From the NCBI RefSeq assembly GCF_003918875.1, contig NW_025765403.1, positions 1,054,001 to 1,118,000 of the forward strand: a DNA stretch of 64,000 bases, in the 5' to 3' direction. The notes beneath the pieces were generated by a model, which ran no database searches, had not been told where the DNA came from, and saw nothing but the letters and a program-made list of their open reading frames with translations. The position numbers and the translations under genes were made by a program. Positions 26,501 to 40,664 of the stretch are shown piece by piece (within the stretch, counting starts at the first letter, position 1; every line of letters starts with the position of its first letter). The stretch is from Haliotis rubra (Eukaryota).

Positions 26501-28138
26501 AAATACAAGGTAAATGTCAAGAAATAACTTTTTATCAATATGAGAGAAATCATTATATAACGGAAATCCCAAGATAAATACATACCAAACCACTTCTATG
26601 TGTCATTTGCTTGAAAGCATTTAAATATGAAGCATCGTTTTTAAATGATACAGTGAAATAAAGTAAAAAAGGATAAAGAAATAATAGTTCTAGCATACCA
26701 TTTATAATTTTGAAACGTTGACAAGGTACAAAAAATGTTGATAAATATTTTGTTTACAACGGAGACCAAAGAAAGGTAGGTTTTGGTGATACTATCACAT
26801 AGGATTTATGCTATTCCAAAACCCGTCTCCTGAGAGATCACTATCGGAAGTGACGTATTCAATAGTTAAACCGTCAAAGAAGGAACTGTTCAACTATATA
26901 CAGGGCCGGTGCACCCGTCTTAATGTTAGCCTACGAGCAACGGGCGCATGTGCGTGCACAACTTAACGTCGAAATATTCTTAAGCACAAGAGAATTGGAT
27001 TTATGCAATACAAGTCAATTCTACTTAGTATTTCCTTGAGAAAACTGGCACGTGTGAGAAAGTCAGAAAGATGAACAAAGGAGTAAAGTCCTTCCAGCAC
27101 GATGAAACTAAATACCAACGGAATTAGGACAGAAATTCACATGGAAAGATTTCGTGAGTAATACATTTTACATCTACAGAAACCAGTAAAATAACTCTGT
27201 TCTAGCTGTGGAATCAAATGTCAACGATGGCGTCTCACTGTTGAGGGAAGTCATATTGCCTGCGAGGCGCATGCGAAGGGGCCATCCGTGACTAAGCAAA
27301 CTAAGACTGAGGCATATGGCCACCATACAAGCGAACATTTGTGTTGATGCAATGAGTGCTAAAACAATGCGAGCAATCGACTACTTTAACAGTAGACATG
27401 GGAGTCATGCCATTGCTAATAACAATATACAGTTAATGATAGTAATAAACCAAACATTATGTCTACATTAACATATTTTCTATCTCCATCATATACATTG
27501 AAATCTATACATGAAAAAAATTCCATTTAGTACGTGCCACGTCATTTTTATGCCAGCTGTACAACTTTCGAGTTCAATCGCCGTGACATAAACCTCCTGA
27601 AAAGGAGATATCCTGATGCTCACGTATATTCAGATTGTTTCACAGTAACTTCTTTTGTAGTTTTCTTTGAAAAAATAGCTTATAAACAATAATATCCTGC
27701 AAATGTTGGTTAAAAAACACCTCAGAAAGTTTGTCACAGTGATTGCGTTTGGTGATACACTTGAAATAAGACGTCCAAATTAATGACAAGGTCAACCTGA
27801 CTATTAAATCTCGAAGTGGCCAATTAGGTCAGTTAGGTGTTTGTCATCGTTGATCAGTTGGCCAATCATTCAAAGGTAACCATGTAGATGTGTCGATATT
27901 ACAGTAATTACAATTCATACATTCATAGATCGCATAGGAATATTTTTTTCTTTCAATGTCAGTCTAGGCACACAGTCTATAACAACATTATCTTCTACGT
28001 ATATTATACTTTCACCAACGTATAGTATATCACAATATGTGGCAGCATGTTGGTTGTTTATTTTCATTTGGCTTTTTCTGTATGTTAACAATTTATTGAA
28101 ATCATTTTATATATTAATTATCAACCATCAAATAAAAA

Positions 28139-28269
28139 TGAGTGAGTGAGTGAGTTTAGTTTTACGCCGCTTTTAGCAATATTCCAGCAATATCACGGCG
28201 GGGACACCAGAAATGGGCTTCACACATTGTGCCCATGTAGGGAATCGAACCCGGGTCCTCGGCGCGACG
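28139..28269 (-). mobile_element. tRNA-derived SINE (family B), 5'-truncated
   Basis: (tgag)n tail, gggacaccagaaatgggcttcacacattg body and ggaatcgaacccggg B-box complement. Confidence 0.85.
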
Positions 28270-29042
28270 TGAAATAAAATAACTCAAATACAACAATTTA
28301 AGAAAGTATAGTAAAACATTACACGGCGTGTATCATATATTAACTTATTGTTACTCAAAGTTGAAGTGAAACAATGAATTTGAAATAAGCCAGAAGTTTT
28401 CATGAAGTGACCCGGAACTATTATCGATGATTGTCGATTTGCTAAACCCCAACCCATGCAATATGCAAACTGCTTATGTAATGCTAAAAAAAACAAGGTC
28501 TTCTAAGGAAGATGATAGAAACAAAATACAATAATCTTCAACTGACTCTAAGTCATTCTTTGGGAACATAAAACACTGATATTACAAAATTGACCTCCCA
28601 AGAAAATACAAGAGGGCGACCAAAGAGATTATTTATATATAAATGAAGTTCTGCATTCAAATAAAAGAATAGCGAACGTTTTTGTATGTGCGGGTGAAAT
28701 TTAAGTGTAAGCACACCCATATAATTAAATTATTTATAGGATTATGTAGTAGATTCTTATTTCAGCCAAAAACACACTTGTCATGCATTTAAGGTCCACT
28801 TATAACTGGGCACGTCTTTCAAGAGAAAGCTGTGACTAATATTTTGATGTTGTCACTAATTTCGGTTATTCCTTTAATAATTCCAATAACTATTGTTCAT
28901 TGTACCCCTAATGAAATATATTTCGGCAGATAATAAAGAATACATATTTTTTCGCGTCGATTTCATACATTTGCATTGTCTTAACTTTCAAAGATTTGTC
29001 TTGTTTCAAATTCTTATGCCATCCTAATTGCCATTTGACATA

Positions 29043-30575
29043 TACTCAGCAGCAAAAAAAACCCGTCAGTACGAATTCAAAATTAGATAGGCACTGTAAT
29101 CAAATCATTACAGAAATGGATCTAATAAACGGATCCCCCCAAAAATTGTGTACACATCCTGACACATCATAATATAACTCAGCACAATTACAAGACGTTA
29201 ACGTTGGCACCCCATTCAGACTCTTGACTTCAGTATCTAGTGTGACCATCACGAGCGGCAATAACTGCAGCACAGCGTCTATGCATGAAGTACACCAATA
29301 GATTGATGAAGGCCACTGGAACCTGGAACAACACGCTGAGAAAGGCCTGGCATAATAAATCGTCTGTGTTCAGCCTTGGTATGACATTATTCAGTCTCCT
29401 CTGAATTTCATCCCAAAGATGTTCAAATGGGTTTAAATCAAGACTAAGGGCTAGCCACCGCATAATGTTGACACCGTTCTGCTGTAGGAAGTCCCGTGTA
29501 GCTCTGGCAGTATGGGCCCAGGCGTTATCATGCTGGAAAATGTTGTTCCGGTGACGTGCAAAATGTGATATGACGTGGGGTCTGAGAACTTGGTTGATGT
29601 AGCGCACCGCTGTGATGCAGCCTCCTCTCCCTTGACTAAGGTTCTGGAACACCACAGGACCCACTGTCTGGTTCAGGCCTATGCCACCCCATACCATGAT
29701 GCTTGCACCTCCCCATGAGTCTCTTTTCATAACACATTGGACTGAGTAACGCTGGCCACGTCGTCGCCATATTCTTGTTCTGCAATCTGCAGTTGATATA
29801 CAGTACCGACTCTCATCTGTGAACAGAACAGTTCTCCATTGCCTGTATCGCCAGTTTTGGTGTTGTAGGGCAAACTGTAGACGTTCACGTCGATGACGAG
29901 GGGTGAGGATAGGTCCACGGTAAGGTCTACGGCAATGGAGGTTCCCGCTGTTACGACGTCGGCGTACTGTATCAGTACTGATTGGTCTCTCGTGTGTTCC
30001 CACTGTCTGGCGTGCTGTTTCGGATGCCTGCATGAAGGGATTCTGTACATGCTGTCGCACAACATGGCGGTCTTGTCGTCTTGTGGTCACCCTTGCTCTG
30101 CCAGTATGGGGGCGATCAATTTGTGGTGTTGGTGGCCCGGAAACGTTGCTGCAGCCTGTAGATGGTCCGAACGTTCACCCGGAAGTGATTGGCAACGGCT
30201 TGTGCAGTGTGGCCAGCTACAAGTCTTCCTAGCGCCTGATTCCTCTGAGCTGTCGTGAGTCACGGCATCCTGCTGATGTTGTAATGTGAATGTTTCTACC
30301 AAGTTTGGGGGTGCATTTTCTAGGGCTGGTCCTTGTGAACAGCACGTACAGCATGAGTTGCATGAAAAACATGGAGAACACCGTACCATCTCCGAGATCA
30401 GGTTGCGTTTTTGAGACCATTTCCTGGGTTCCATTCTGAGTTTGGGAAGGAATGTTTTTGCACAGGTAAAGTTGGAGATGTTGTCAAAAGTATACAATCA
30501 AAACACTGACTGAGTTTACAGTAATCCATTTCTGCGAAAAAAATTCCAAACTTACGTTTCCTTTGCTGCTTAGTA
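29043..30575 (-). mobile_element. Full-length Tc1-family DNA transposon
   Basis: TIRs tactcagcagcaaa... / ...tttgctgcttagta flanked by TA on both sides, enclosing a DD34E transposase. Confidence 0.92.
29230..30268 (-). pseudogene. Tc1 DD34E transposase (inactivated)
   Basis: ATG at 30268: MP*LTTAQRNQALGRLVAG...HFRVNVRTIYRL (HTH), then a frameshift near 30120. Catalytic TDESRY, QHDNAWAH and SLDLNPFEHLW have 34 residues between the second D and E. C-terminus ...ARDGHTRY. Confidence 0.93.
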
Positions 30576-32203
30576 TATGGGACATTGGCTCACTTTGTAA
30601 TTAGGATAATAGGTTTTCATTTTTAACTTGTTAAAAAAAGTATGTACGAATTAAATTTTGTTTTCAGAATCATACAATATAAAATCTCATTATAGGATTC
30701 TGATTGTAGCATAAGCATATGCTTGCCAATTACCATTAAGTAGTAATCGTACTTGATGTAGCAGGCCTGTTTCAGTGTCTCGGTTGTTCAGTCACGCCGA
30801 GGTCCTCATAGTTTACGGTATCTAGGCGAGACAAACTGATAATTTAAAACATGAACAAACATACAGAGTGATAGATTATATTGATTAACAATCACCAATA
30901 AACACAAGTGCAGATAATATGACGACAGTAGGTTTTTGTGAAGCATGCCAAAGTAAGGTTATATCACACATTGTTCATCAACCGGCTACATTGACTTGAA
31001 AAACAATATAACGACCGGCATATACTGGTTTGTTGCTCTCGTGTCACCGGACACAACTATGTAAATGTTGTTATTATAACCGCTACCGCATGGTCTGTCG
31101 ATAATCTCATAACTTCTGTCTGACATTTTTCTTAATGTCATCGAGATTGTCAGATACGATTCTTTCTTCTTGCGCTTGCTGATCAGCGAATGACACTTAC
31201 AGAACATCCGCCCTTATAGATTTCAGCTAATGTTTTATGTGTTGTTCTTTTGTTTTCTCGGCAGGTGTAGAAATCAATGTAGCAAAATTGTTATAGTGAT
31301 TAACAAGCACCGTATTATTATACACACAATTCTACATAGGATGACGACAGCCGTATGCAGGTATTTATGAAGCATGCCAAAGTACGGTTATTGCTCACAT
31401 TGTTTATCAACCGGCTAAAGGGACATGAAAACAATATATGTTATCTCGTATTTTTTCGCTTAAAAGGCGAAGACCGGTTTGTTGTCCTTATGGATAATAT
31501 CACCGGACACCACCGTTATATATTATCATAATTACGACAAATTCATGGTCTGTCGATATTCTCAAAATGTCTGTCTGGCATTTACCTTAATGTCATCAAG
31601 ATTGTCAGATATGATTCTTTCTTCTTTTGCATTCTGATCAGAGAATGACACTTACAAAACATCATTTATGGTTCGGCTAATGATTAATGTGGGTGTTTTC
31701 TATTTGATGGCAGGTGCAGAATTCAATACCCAGAATTGTCCTGTGCAAATCGCATAACATCACAAGGTCAAACCGACGTCTCTACATGTGTACAACTCAG
31801 ATCACAAACATTGCACACCAGCTGCCATTTGCCAGAGGTACTCCCATGAGAGAAATACAGATTAAACCCTTGCTTGTCTATTTATGGAGCTTTGTCGGAA
31901 ATTTTAAGAGCTAATTTACATACTCTCCCAATCTCCTGTATTGAATTACAAAACAATACACATGACAGCATTTACTTCACTCTATGTATAATTTCCTGAG
32001 TTTACACTCAGAGAGCAGTTGATCACTTTAACATAGTTTAAGGGGATTCAATGATGATTGACTTAAGAAGGTAAAACAATGACAAACCGACATCGGTGCA
32101 ATGAGGAAGCCATTTTCTAGTATGCAACTTGTCAGATATTGCTGGAATATTTCTAAAACCTACGAACAAAATATGATCAAGCTAATGCCACTGGTAACAA
32201 ACA

Positions 32204-32446
32204 CCCGTGGAGATCCTGGCTAGAATTGATCTTCAGTAACCCATGCTTGTCGTAAAAGATAAGTAACGGGAACGGGAGGTCAGACTCGCCGACTTTGCTG
32301 ACACATCTCATCGTATCCAAATTGCGTAGATCGATGCTCATGCTGTTGATCACTGGATTGTCTCGTCCAGATTCGATTATTTACAGACCGCCGCACATAG
32401 CTGGAATATTGCTGAGTGCAGCGTAAAACAAAACTCACCCACTCAC
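32204..32446 (+). mobile_element. Nin-domain-type SINE (family A)
   Basis: cccgtggagatcc...aacccatgcttgtcgtaa...gctggaatattgctgagtgc..(actc) tail, with TSD-like cact(g/a)gtaac. Empty site at ~4733. Confidence 0.85.
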
Positions 32447-33030
32447 TAGTAACGAAATTGTTTAACTTTTTAATACTTGTCCCCATTTTAAATGGCCAGC
32501 AAACAACAAATTATTAATTCAGCACATCCAACCTGTAGTCACATTTTAAATACAATTAGGATGATCCATTACACCATCAAAACAAATCAATATTTTCATT
32601 TAATGTCCATGTACACTCGGAAGCTCTTACTAACTAAGCTATGTTACCTTTTATCAAAAATGGGTTCACATTGTTGTGCGATTAATAACTAGTGACTCTC
32701 TATGAAAGAGGGAATCTCTGTTAAGTTTTCAGGGCAGAATATTTCATAGTAGATCATAGCTGTTGAATGAGCAGACAGATCAGAATCTTTGGAAATGTGT
32801 GACCTGCTGATTGTTTCGCACTGCGCCCGATGTTGAGAGCAGTGCCTCATGCAATCAACCAATCAGCTGATGTTGGCGCTCAGCTTTAATTAACTGGCTA
32901 GCTTTGCCTGAACTCTTACAGGTCGCAATGGATTGCTAAAATATTGCTGACCGTGACGTACAGTTTCCTTAATTAGTTCAAATAAAACATCAATACACCG
33001 AGATTACACTATTAACCTGGTAAGCGGTTT

Positions 33031-33575
33031 AACTCCCTGGATGCCACAGGGACATATATGTCCTTCCCCTTCAACCCTCAATTTCAAGTCCAATAAAAAT
33101 CAAAATATCCCACGCACACAAATACACTTCACAGTTTCGAATACTGCGGGAAATTTCCTGTTTCTTTATACCATCCACTATTAATTTAGACAAAGCTCAA
33201 GTGCTGAAAATGACCTTTCAAAATAGGCTTCACCGAAAATGTCGCCATTTTTGACACAGTACGAAATCGCGATTCACAGCATTATTTGCTGTATGTTTTG
33301 AAACTGAAACTCGGATAATTACTGGGAGTATTGAATTTCAAAAATAACATATTCATGATCACTGATATCAGTTTTACATGAAATCGCTAATTATAATTCT
33401 GAAACGTTGCCGAGGAATCTAGAATCGGTTGGGATGTTTTCGAAAATGCACTTACACGAACACCGTAGAGCGCTTTCCGCCATATTGGATAGTGTTTACA
33501 AAATCACGTTTCGCGAAGGCCGGTATTGAGACGCCTATTACATCACGTATATTGCATATTAAGCTTCAAAAATGC
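33031..33575. mobile_element. Possible piggyBac-like non-autonomous fragment at the duplication junction
   Basis: Begins right after TTAA (gcggt-ttaa-ctccctggatgcc) and is absent from the second unit (36005). No second TIR was found. Confidence 0.35.
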
Positions 33576-34999
33576 ATCACTCCGAGGTCCCTCATAGTTT
33601 ACGGTATCTTGGCGAGACAAACTGATAATTTAAAACATGAACAAACATACAGAGTGATAGGTTATATTGATTAACACATCACCTTATTCCAATAAACACA
33701 AGTGCAGATACTATGACGACAGTAGGTTTTTGTGAAGCATGCCAAAGTAAGGTTATATCACACATTGTTCATCAAGCGGCTACATTGACTTGAAAAACAA
33801 TATAACGACCGGCATAGACTTGTTTGTTGCTCTCGTGTCACCGGACACAACTATGTAAATGTTGTCATTATAACCGCAAACTCATGTTCTGTCGATAATC
33901 TCATAACTTCTGTCTGACATTTTTCTTAATGTCATGAAGATTGTCAGATACGATTCTTTCTTCTTGCGCTTGCTGATCAGCGAATGAGACTTACAGAACA
34001 TCCGCCCTTATAGATTTCAGCTAATGTTTTATGTGCTGTTCTTTTCGTTTGGTCGGCAGGTGTAGAAATCAATGTTGCAAAATTGTTATAGTGATTAACA
34101 AGCACTGTAAGTTATACACACAATTCTAGATAGGATGACGACAGCCGTATGCAGGTATTTATGAAGCATTCCAAAGTACGGTTATTGCTCACATTGTTCA
34201 TCAACCGGTTAAAGGGACATGAAAACAATATATGTTTTCTCGTATTTTCACGCTTAAAAGGCGAAGACCGGTTTGTTGTCCTTATGAATAATATCACCGG
34301 AAACCTACGGTTAATATTATCATAATTACGACAAATTCATGGTCTGTCGATATTCTCAAAATGTCTGTCTGGCATTTACCTTAATGTCATCAAGATTGTC
34401 AGATATGATTCTTTCTTCTTGTGCTTTCTGATCAGAGAATGACACTTACAAAACATCATTTATGGTTCGGCTAATGATTAATGTGGGCGTTTTCTATTTG
34501 TTGGCAGGTGCAGAATTCAAAAATCAAGAATTGTCCTGTGCAAATCACAAGGTGAAACCGACGGCTGTACATGTGTACAACTCAGATCACAAACATTGCA
34601 CACCCGCTGCCACTTGCCAGAGGTACTCCCATCAGAGAAATACAGATTAAACCCTTGCTTGTCTATTTATGGAGCTTTGTAGGAAATTTTAAGAGCTAAT
34701 TTACATACTTGACAATCTCCCAATCTCCTGTATTGAATTACAAAACAATACACATGACAGCATTTACTTTACTCTATGTATAAGTTCCTGAGTTTACACT
34801 CAGAGAGCAGTTGATCACTTTAACATAGTTTAAGGGGGGATTCAAATGATGATTGGCTTAAGAAGGTAAAACAATGACAAACCGAGATCGGTGCAATGAG
34901 GAAGCTATTTTCTAGTATGCATCTTGTCAGATATTGCTGGAATATTTCTAAACGCGCCGTAATCACACGCACATACTACGAAAAAAGAATGATCAAGCT

Positions 35000-35171
35000 G
35001 ACTGACTGATTGACTGATTTTGGTTTTACGCCGCTTTTAGCAATATTCTAGCAACATCACGGCGGGGGACACCAGAAATGGGCTTCACACATTGTACCCA
35101 TGTCGGGATTCGAACCCGGGTCTTCGGCGTGACGAGCCAACGTTTTAACCGATAGGCTACCCCACCGCCCC
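35000..35171 (-). mobile_element. Full-length tRNA-derived SINE (family B) with 12-bp TSD
   Basis: TSD aatgatcaagct at 34988-34999 and 35172-35183. Empty site in the sister unit at ~32172. A and B boxes are present. Confidence 0.92.
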
Positions 35172-35203
35172 AATGATCAAGCTAATGCCACTGGTAACAA
35201 ACA

Positions 35204-35430
35204 CCCGTGGAGATCCTGGCTAGAATTGATCTTCAGTAACCCATGCTCGTAAGAGGTAACTAACGGGAACGGGAGGTCAGACTCGCCGACTTGGCTGACA
35301 CATCTCATCGTATCCAAATGCTCATGCTGTTAATCATTGGATTGTCTCGTCCAGATTCGAATATTTACAGACCGCCGCATATAGCTGGTTTATTGCTGGG
35401 TGCGGCGTAAAACAAAACTCACCCACTCAC
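35204..35430 (+). mobile_element. Nin-domain-type SINE (family A), duplicate of 32204-32446
   Basis: Same insertion site and flanks as the 32204 copy. Confidence 0.85.
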
Positions 35431-38400
35431 TGGTAACGAAATTGTTTAACTTTTTAATACTTGTCCCCATATTAAATGGCCAGCAAACAACAAATTATTA
35501 ATTCAGCACATCCAAACTGTAGTCGCATTTTAAATACAATTAGGATGATCCATTACACCATCAAAACAAATCAATATTTTCATTTAATGTCCATGTACAC
35601 TCATAAGCTCTTACTAACTAAGCTATCTTACCTTTTTTTCAAAAATGGGTTCCCATTGTTGTGTGATTAATAACTAGTGACTCTCTATGAAATCTCTGTT
35701 AATTTTCAGGGCAGAATATTTCATAGTAGATCATAGCTGTTGAATGTGCAGACAGGTCAGAATCTTTGGAAATGTGTGACCTGCTGATTGTTTCGCACTG
35801 CGCCCGATGTTGAGAGCAGTGCCTCATGCAATCAACCAATCAACTGATGTTGGCGCTCATCTTGAATTAACTGGCTAGCTTTGCCTGAACTCTTACAGGT
35901 CGCGATGGATTGCTGAAATATTGCTGACCGTGACGTACAGTTTCATTAACTAGTTCAAATAAAACATCAATACACCGAGATTACATTATTAACCTGGTAA
36001 GCGGTTTAAGCCTTAACCAAACATCTGTCCTAACGAATGGTCGTATTCTTTTTTTACTTTGAATTGAGTGAGTGAGTGGGTGAGCCAGTAGGTGGGTGAG
36101 TGGGTGGATGGGTGAGTGTTTGACGGAATTAAGGAAGGATGATATACAGAAATAACGATGCTTACATTCATCCGAGATTTACAAATATCAAATAATACAC
36201 TTGTAGATGTAAAGATTTCAGATGAATATAGTTTATCCAATGATTTAGTCAAGAGGTTCATTTTATAACTATGTGTACATGGAATATGAGTTCGATGTAC
36301 ATGCTACATTAAGATCCCCTTGCTTGTATCCTGCAACAGGTCGTTGACATAGCAATGTAGTTTTAATTAGTTATATTGACATGTATTTAAATCACTGTTG
36401 GATTACAGATTCCATTTATGTTTTTCATTCCTGTTACATTCCAGAGACACTTGACAAAGGATAGACATTTCCTGTTGTCTGATGTTAATCAGGCTCTCAG
36501 TAAGTAAACACATGATATATCTAAGCAACATATTTGACTCCACATTTAATATAAGGCTAAGGTATTCATACGTGTCACGTGACACAAAAACGTTTACAGG
36601 AGTGACGCTGTACTTTCCCGTTGGCCTGTAACAATCATTCCTACTTTGGCTATTGAAAACTTTGAAAGACTTGGGAGCAGCATCAGCATTGAAGTACCAG
36701 GTCTGAGGTTTACATAATAGGCACTATGTGCAGCTAATAGAATAGACTGTATTACCCGGGGTTAAAGAATTAATGCTTCGGAGAAGGGTCAGTATAATTA
36801 TTCCTCCTTGAGGTGTTTCAATTTTCTTTGAAAACTCAATGGTGGATTTTCGATGTCTTGAAAGTGTGTACAAGAAACCAAGCGGTTCGTGTAACTAGGT
36901 TACTGGTGGCAGTCGAATCATGTTGACTGGAAGGGTGTTTTGCATTTTCAAAACCTTTAGGATTTGATTTGTCTGAGTAACATGTGTAAACTGTGTGACA
37001 GGTGAGTTGAAATGTTCAATCTTTCACATTGATCGTTCTAATAAATCACCACAAGTATACACATATGTAAATAGAACAAGTGAAGGGCCGATCTCTGTGT
37101 TTCAATATACTCTGTCTTACATGATATGTCAATTGTACTGAAGTATAATTATGAATTGAACTTGGATTCTGTATTCATCATGATCAGTTGGTAAAAACAA
37201 TACTGACGATAGTGGTCATGTAAACCTGCCTGACTTGAGCCTGTATTTGATGTTAAGACTTCGGGTCTTCATATGCCTGAAATAATGTTCAAAATGAATA
37301 TTGTGCCGATCCACATTGTCGATCCTTTAAAAAAGCATTGCATATATGGCATGTCAATATTGGTACCACATTTGGCTTGAGGTATTGTATTTGACATTAT
37401 CTATACATTTAAACACTTTGGATGTATTTGAACATTTGAACAAAATCAGCATGTATTGTTTTGAAACTCCATCTCTCTTCGAATGAACAAGAAACAGTTG
37501 CCAAGTAACTGTCGCCACTGTGTCTATTCCGCACATCTGTGACACGTTACTTGATGTCACAGCAGTCACTCCTTGTCCCCAGTATGAACATGATTACATT
37601 TTGTGTGGCGATACGTGCTCTTTTCACATTATTTTTAAGTTACACTCAATTATTTCTGCTATCGCCTTTAAATGTCGTGTACACAGTCGTTGAGGTAAAT
37701 GTCCTCATTAAGCTTCATGGATATATACATCAACGAATTACTATGGCTGCGATCTGGTAAATGCCACTCTTCAGGCCAGCTTATTAGAACTGAAGAATTT
37801 GTGTCAAGGACGGTCTTATCTATTGAATAAATTGTTTTTACACCAAAGGACATAACATTTCGTCATGTGTGGTGGTTTGACATTACTCTTATTTTGTGGA
37901 CGTTGCAAAATGAACAGCATACACTTGTTTGGGTATCATCGCTGCAGGAGCAACCATTAAGTAATTAATTGTTTTTAAGGTGCAAAATCGTAATTTGTTA
38001 AATGGAAATCCGACATGGAATCATCATAATCCTTAGAAAAATGAAGTCGTGTCTGTCATTATGAGTTGGCTTTTAACACTATTTATATAGATGTAGTTAT
38101 CACTATCAGTGTATGTACACGATGTTGACATTTTGTTGAATTTAGACTAAAACACATGAATTGACAAAGATGTATTAACACCAGTGTCGGCAGAGGTAAT
38201 CAACTGATGAACTCATACAACGCACACTTCTTTCCAGATCCTCTAATAGAACGGGTTTTTTCTAAATCGAATTACAGCACTGATAATTCCAAAATCAAGT
38301 TATCGTTTGAAATGCTTCTTGTTATCTTTAACCAACTACCCTGCGGTATTGCAAAATGTCACTATATTCCTGCAGGTTTAAGTATTTACGAAGTTTAGTC

Positions 38401-40664
38401 TGATTAATCTAATCGTATTACCAACTCTCTGAATTCACAAAAAGGTAGAAATTTGGAAAGGGCGACATAGACATATTCGCAAAAAAAATGCTAGGGTTGA
38501 CGTCAAGCAACAGAAAATGTTGATTACACAAGCCATACTGAAATAGGATTTTGGATTGATGATTAGAGTTGACAAATACTAAAACATTAACGCTTATTTA
38601 AGATTATGGGAGCTCAATTGAGCGTCGACGTTCATAGAGTGAGAGTCAAACTGTAGGAAGAGGACGAAACATTGATAGTTTGTCAGCGTTTACTGAACTG
38701 ATCGTTCATTGAAAGGCAATTATGGATCATGCATGTGTGGAATACATGTTAACTTATCTATAAATAGTATGCACTTGTGCCAACTGTACCCGGTTCGATT
38801 CTAATACCAGTGTAATTGTAATTTAATCTAACAAAACTGTACTAAAACATTCATTATGATACTTTGCTATGGCTTACATATCACTAATTTTCTGTTCGTT
38901 CAAAGATTCACTGCCCTTAAACTATATGGACGGATACATCAGATCAAAGCTTATTGCATACGGCAATCAATGTAGTGTTGACGACTAGTGTAGTGATTTT
39001 CGGTTTTCATGTATGTTTGAAATACAGATCGATTCAGCTGAATGCGTGACTACAATACACGAGACAGAATTATCATCCAGCAATCTAAAGCCTATATGTA
39101 TAACAGGACACAGAAGACAAATCACAACAATGTCCCGAACAATGATGGATTAGGTTTTTATAGGACTTCCAAATTCTCACTAATGAGTCAAGTATGGTCC
39201 TCTGTCACGCTGTAATAGATGATGTGGACCATCAACATGACACAGTCATGATAAATGCCACGCTTCTTGCCATGTGCTCGACACCAGTGCAATAAATGTC
39301 ATCAAACATTACATTAGGGCTAGAACGTCCCGGGTGATGCTTCTGATATTTGCGGCTGCTAGTGAAAACGATATTGACCATGAATTTATTCCAGTGGCAA
39401 CGAATTATATATTCTTCTGATGTCCTTCGTCTGAACGATTCACTGGTGGCTGGTTTGCATTCCAGATGGTGTCATCACTGATTTTCAGTGATCCAAAACA
39501 AAAATGCGTATAATGTGTTATATTTCTGAATGGACATCTTCCCTGATTGATCAAATTCAGAAAATCATGACTGGTCAGCACTCAACATTTCCGGCACGCG
39601 TACAAAATGTGGAAACTGCTAGTAAGACAGCTATGACCCGGACAGTTTGTCTGTAATGAAACGCGTATATAATATCCATTAACAAATCTGAGCTAATATG
39701 CATCCTTGTGAAAGTTTTGGCCAGCAAGGAACCTTGTGTAGCTCACGCTCAGAAGACAACGACAACGCTCACCAGTCATCGACATAAGTTTGAGTGATCA
39801 GGATACTCCATGCAGGGTTAAACAGAAGACATCTACACATCAATAAACAGGTTCTCTTCATCGACTACTGTTGTGGACTGCATGAGGTCTCCGCACGGAT
39901 AATCCGTGCAGACTCGAGCGATCACCTTGGTCAGAGGTCAAAACGTGATGCAGGTTCCGATGGGGCTGCCGGGATGGGGGCAATATTTCACCTCGGCGCG
40001 CTGATAGGTGTATCGATCGGTGGTAAAGTTTCCGTGCTAACTTTGCTTCTGACAAGTAATCCCTCTTTTTGGAAGTAAAACACTGAGTCGGCTGTGCCAC
40101 TTTTGACAGTGACTGTGGAATTGGATATGTCGGTTTTGAGAAAAGAAGATTCCTCGATGGTGTGTTAGAGAAATATCAAAAGGGTGAAATTCGTGCAAAT
40201 ATTAATTCATGAGGCTCTAGCATTAGGAAGTGGTTATACATTTCACTCTGGGAGATCTCGATGGGAGATCTCGCAAGGATCAGATTCAATATACAACGTC
40301 GCTGAATATGGTTTTGGCATAATCAAGGAGAATGTAAGCCAGAAAAGTGCAAGAATGTAGATATGTTTTCGTGAGATATACTATGGTACCGAGAAGTACT
40401 GTATTTCATGGGACTGAGTAGTACTGTAACAAGTATGATTTGTCAAGTTATATTCGGGGTTCGTTTGGTGTCAGCTCAATGATTTTGCACGGGAATGAAA
40501 TGGAGTCTATATTAGACAACTTAGTAATTGAAATTCTTCAAAGGCATTTAGAAGTTGGTGTAGTAATACAAGACAATACAAAGACAAATATTCCAATGAT
40601 TATTTCTGAAGTTGTGCCTGTATATAAAGAATGTGGACATGGTTCGCTCATTGCAAAATGAACA

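Larger units (their letters stand above)
30795..36010. repeat. Younger tandem duplication of block X (~30795-33030 and ~33580-36010)
   Basis: Near-collinear units starting ccgaggtcc(c)tcatagtttacggtatct and ending ttaacctggtaagcggtttaa. Each unit carries two X-motif copies and the same SINE. Confidence 0.92.

Noticed and set aside
29727-30497. Alternative ORFs overlapping the Tc1 (29727-30065, 29893-30258, 30032-30232, 30087-30497, 30229-30420)
   Set aside because: Off-frame or antisense shadows of the transposase.
39735-39770. Minus-strand SERELHK resembling KERELK of Mononegavirales L (also GYCY/GYCW near 15100 and 47020 resembling papain-like protease motifs)
   Set aside because: Isolated short matches. 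I found no accompanying GRFF, GGxEG, GDNQ or catalytic His context.
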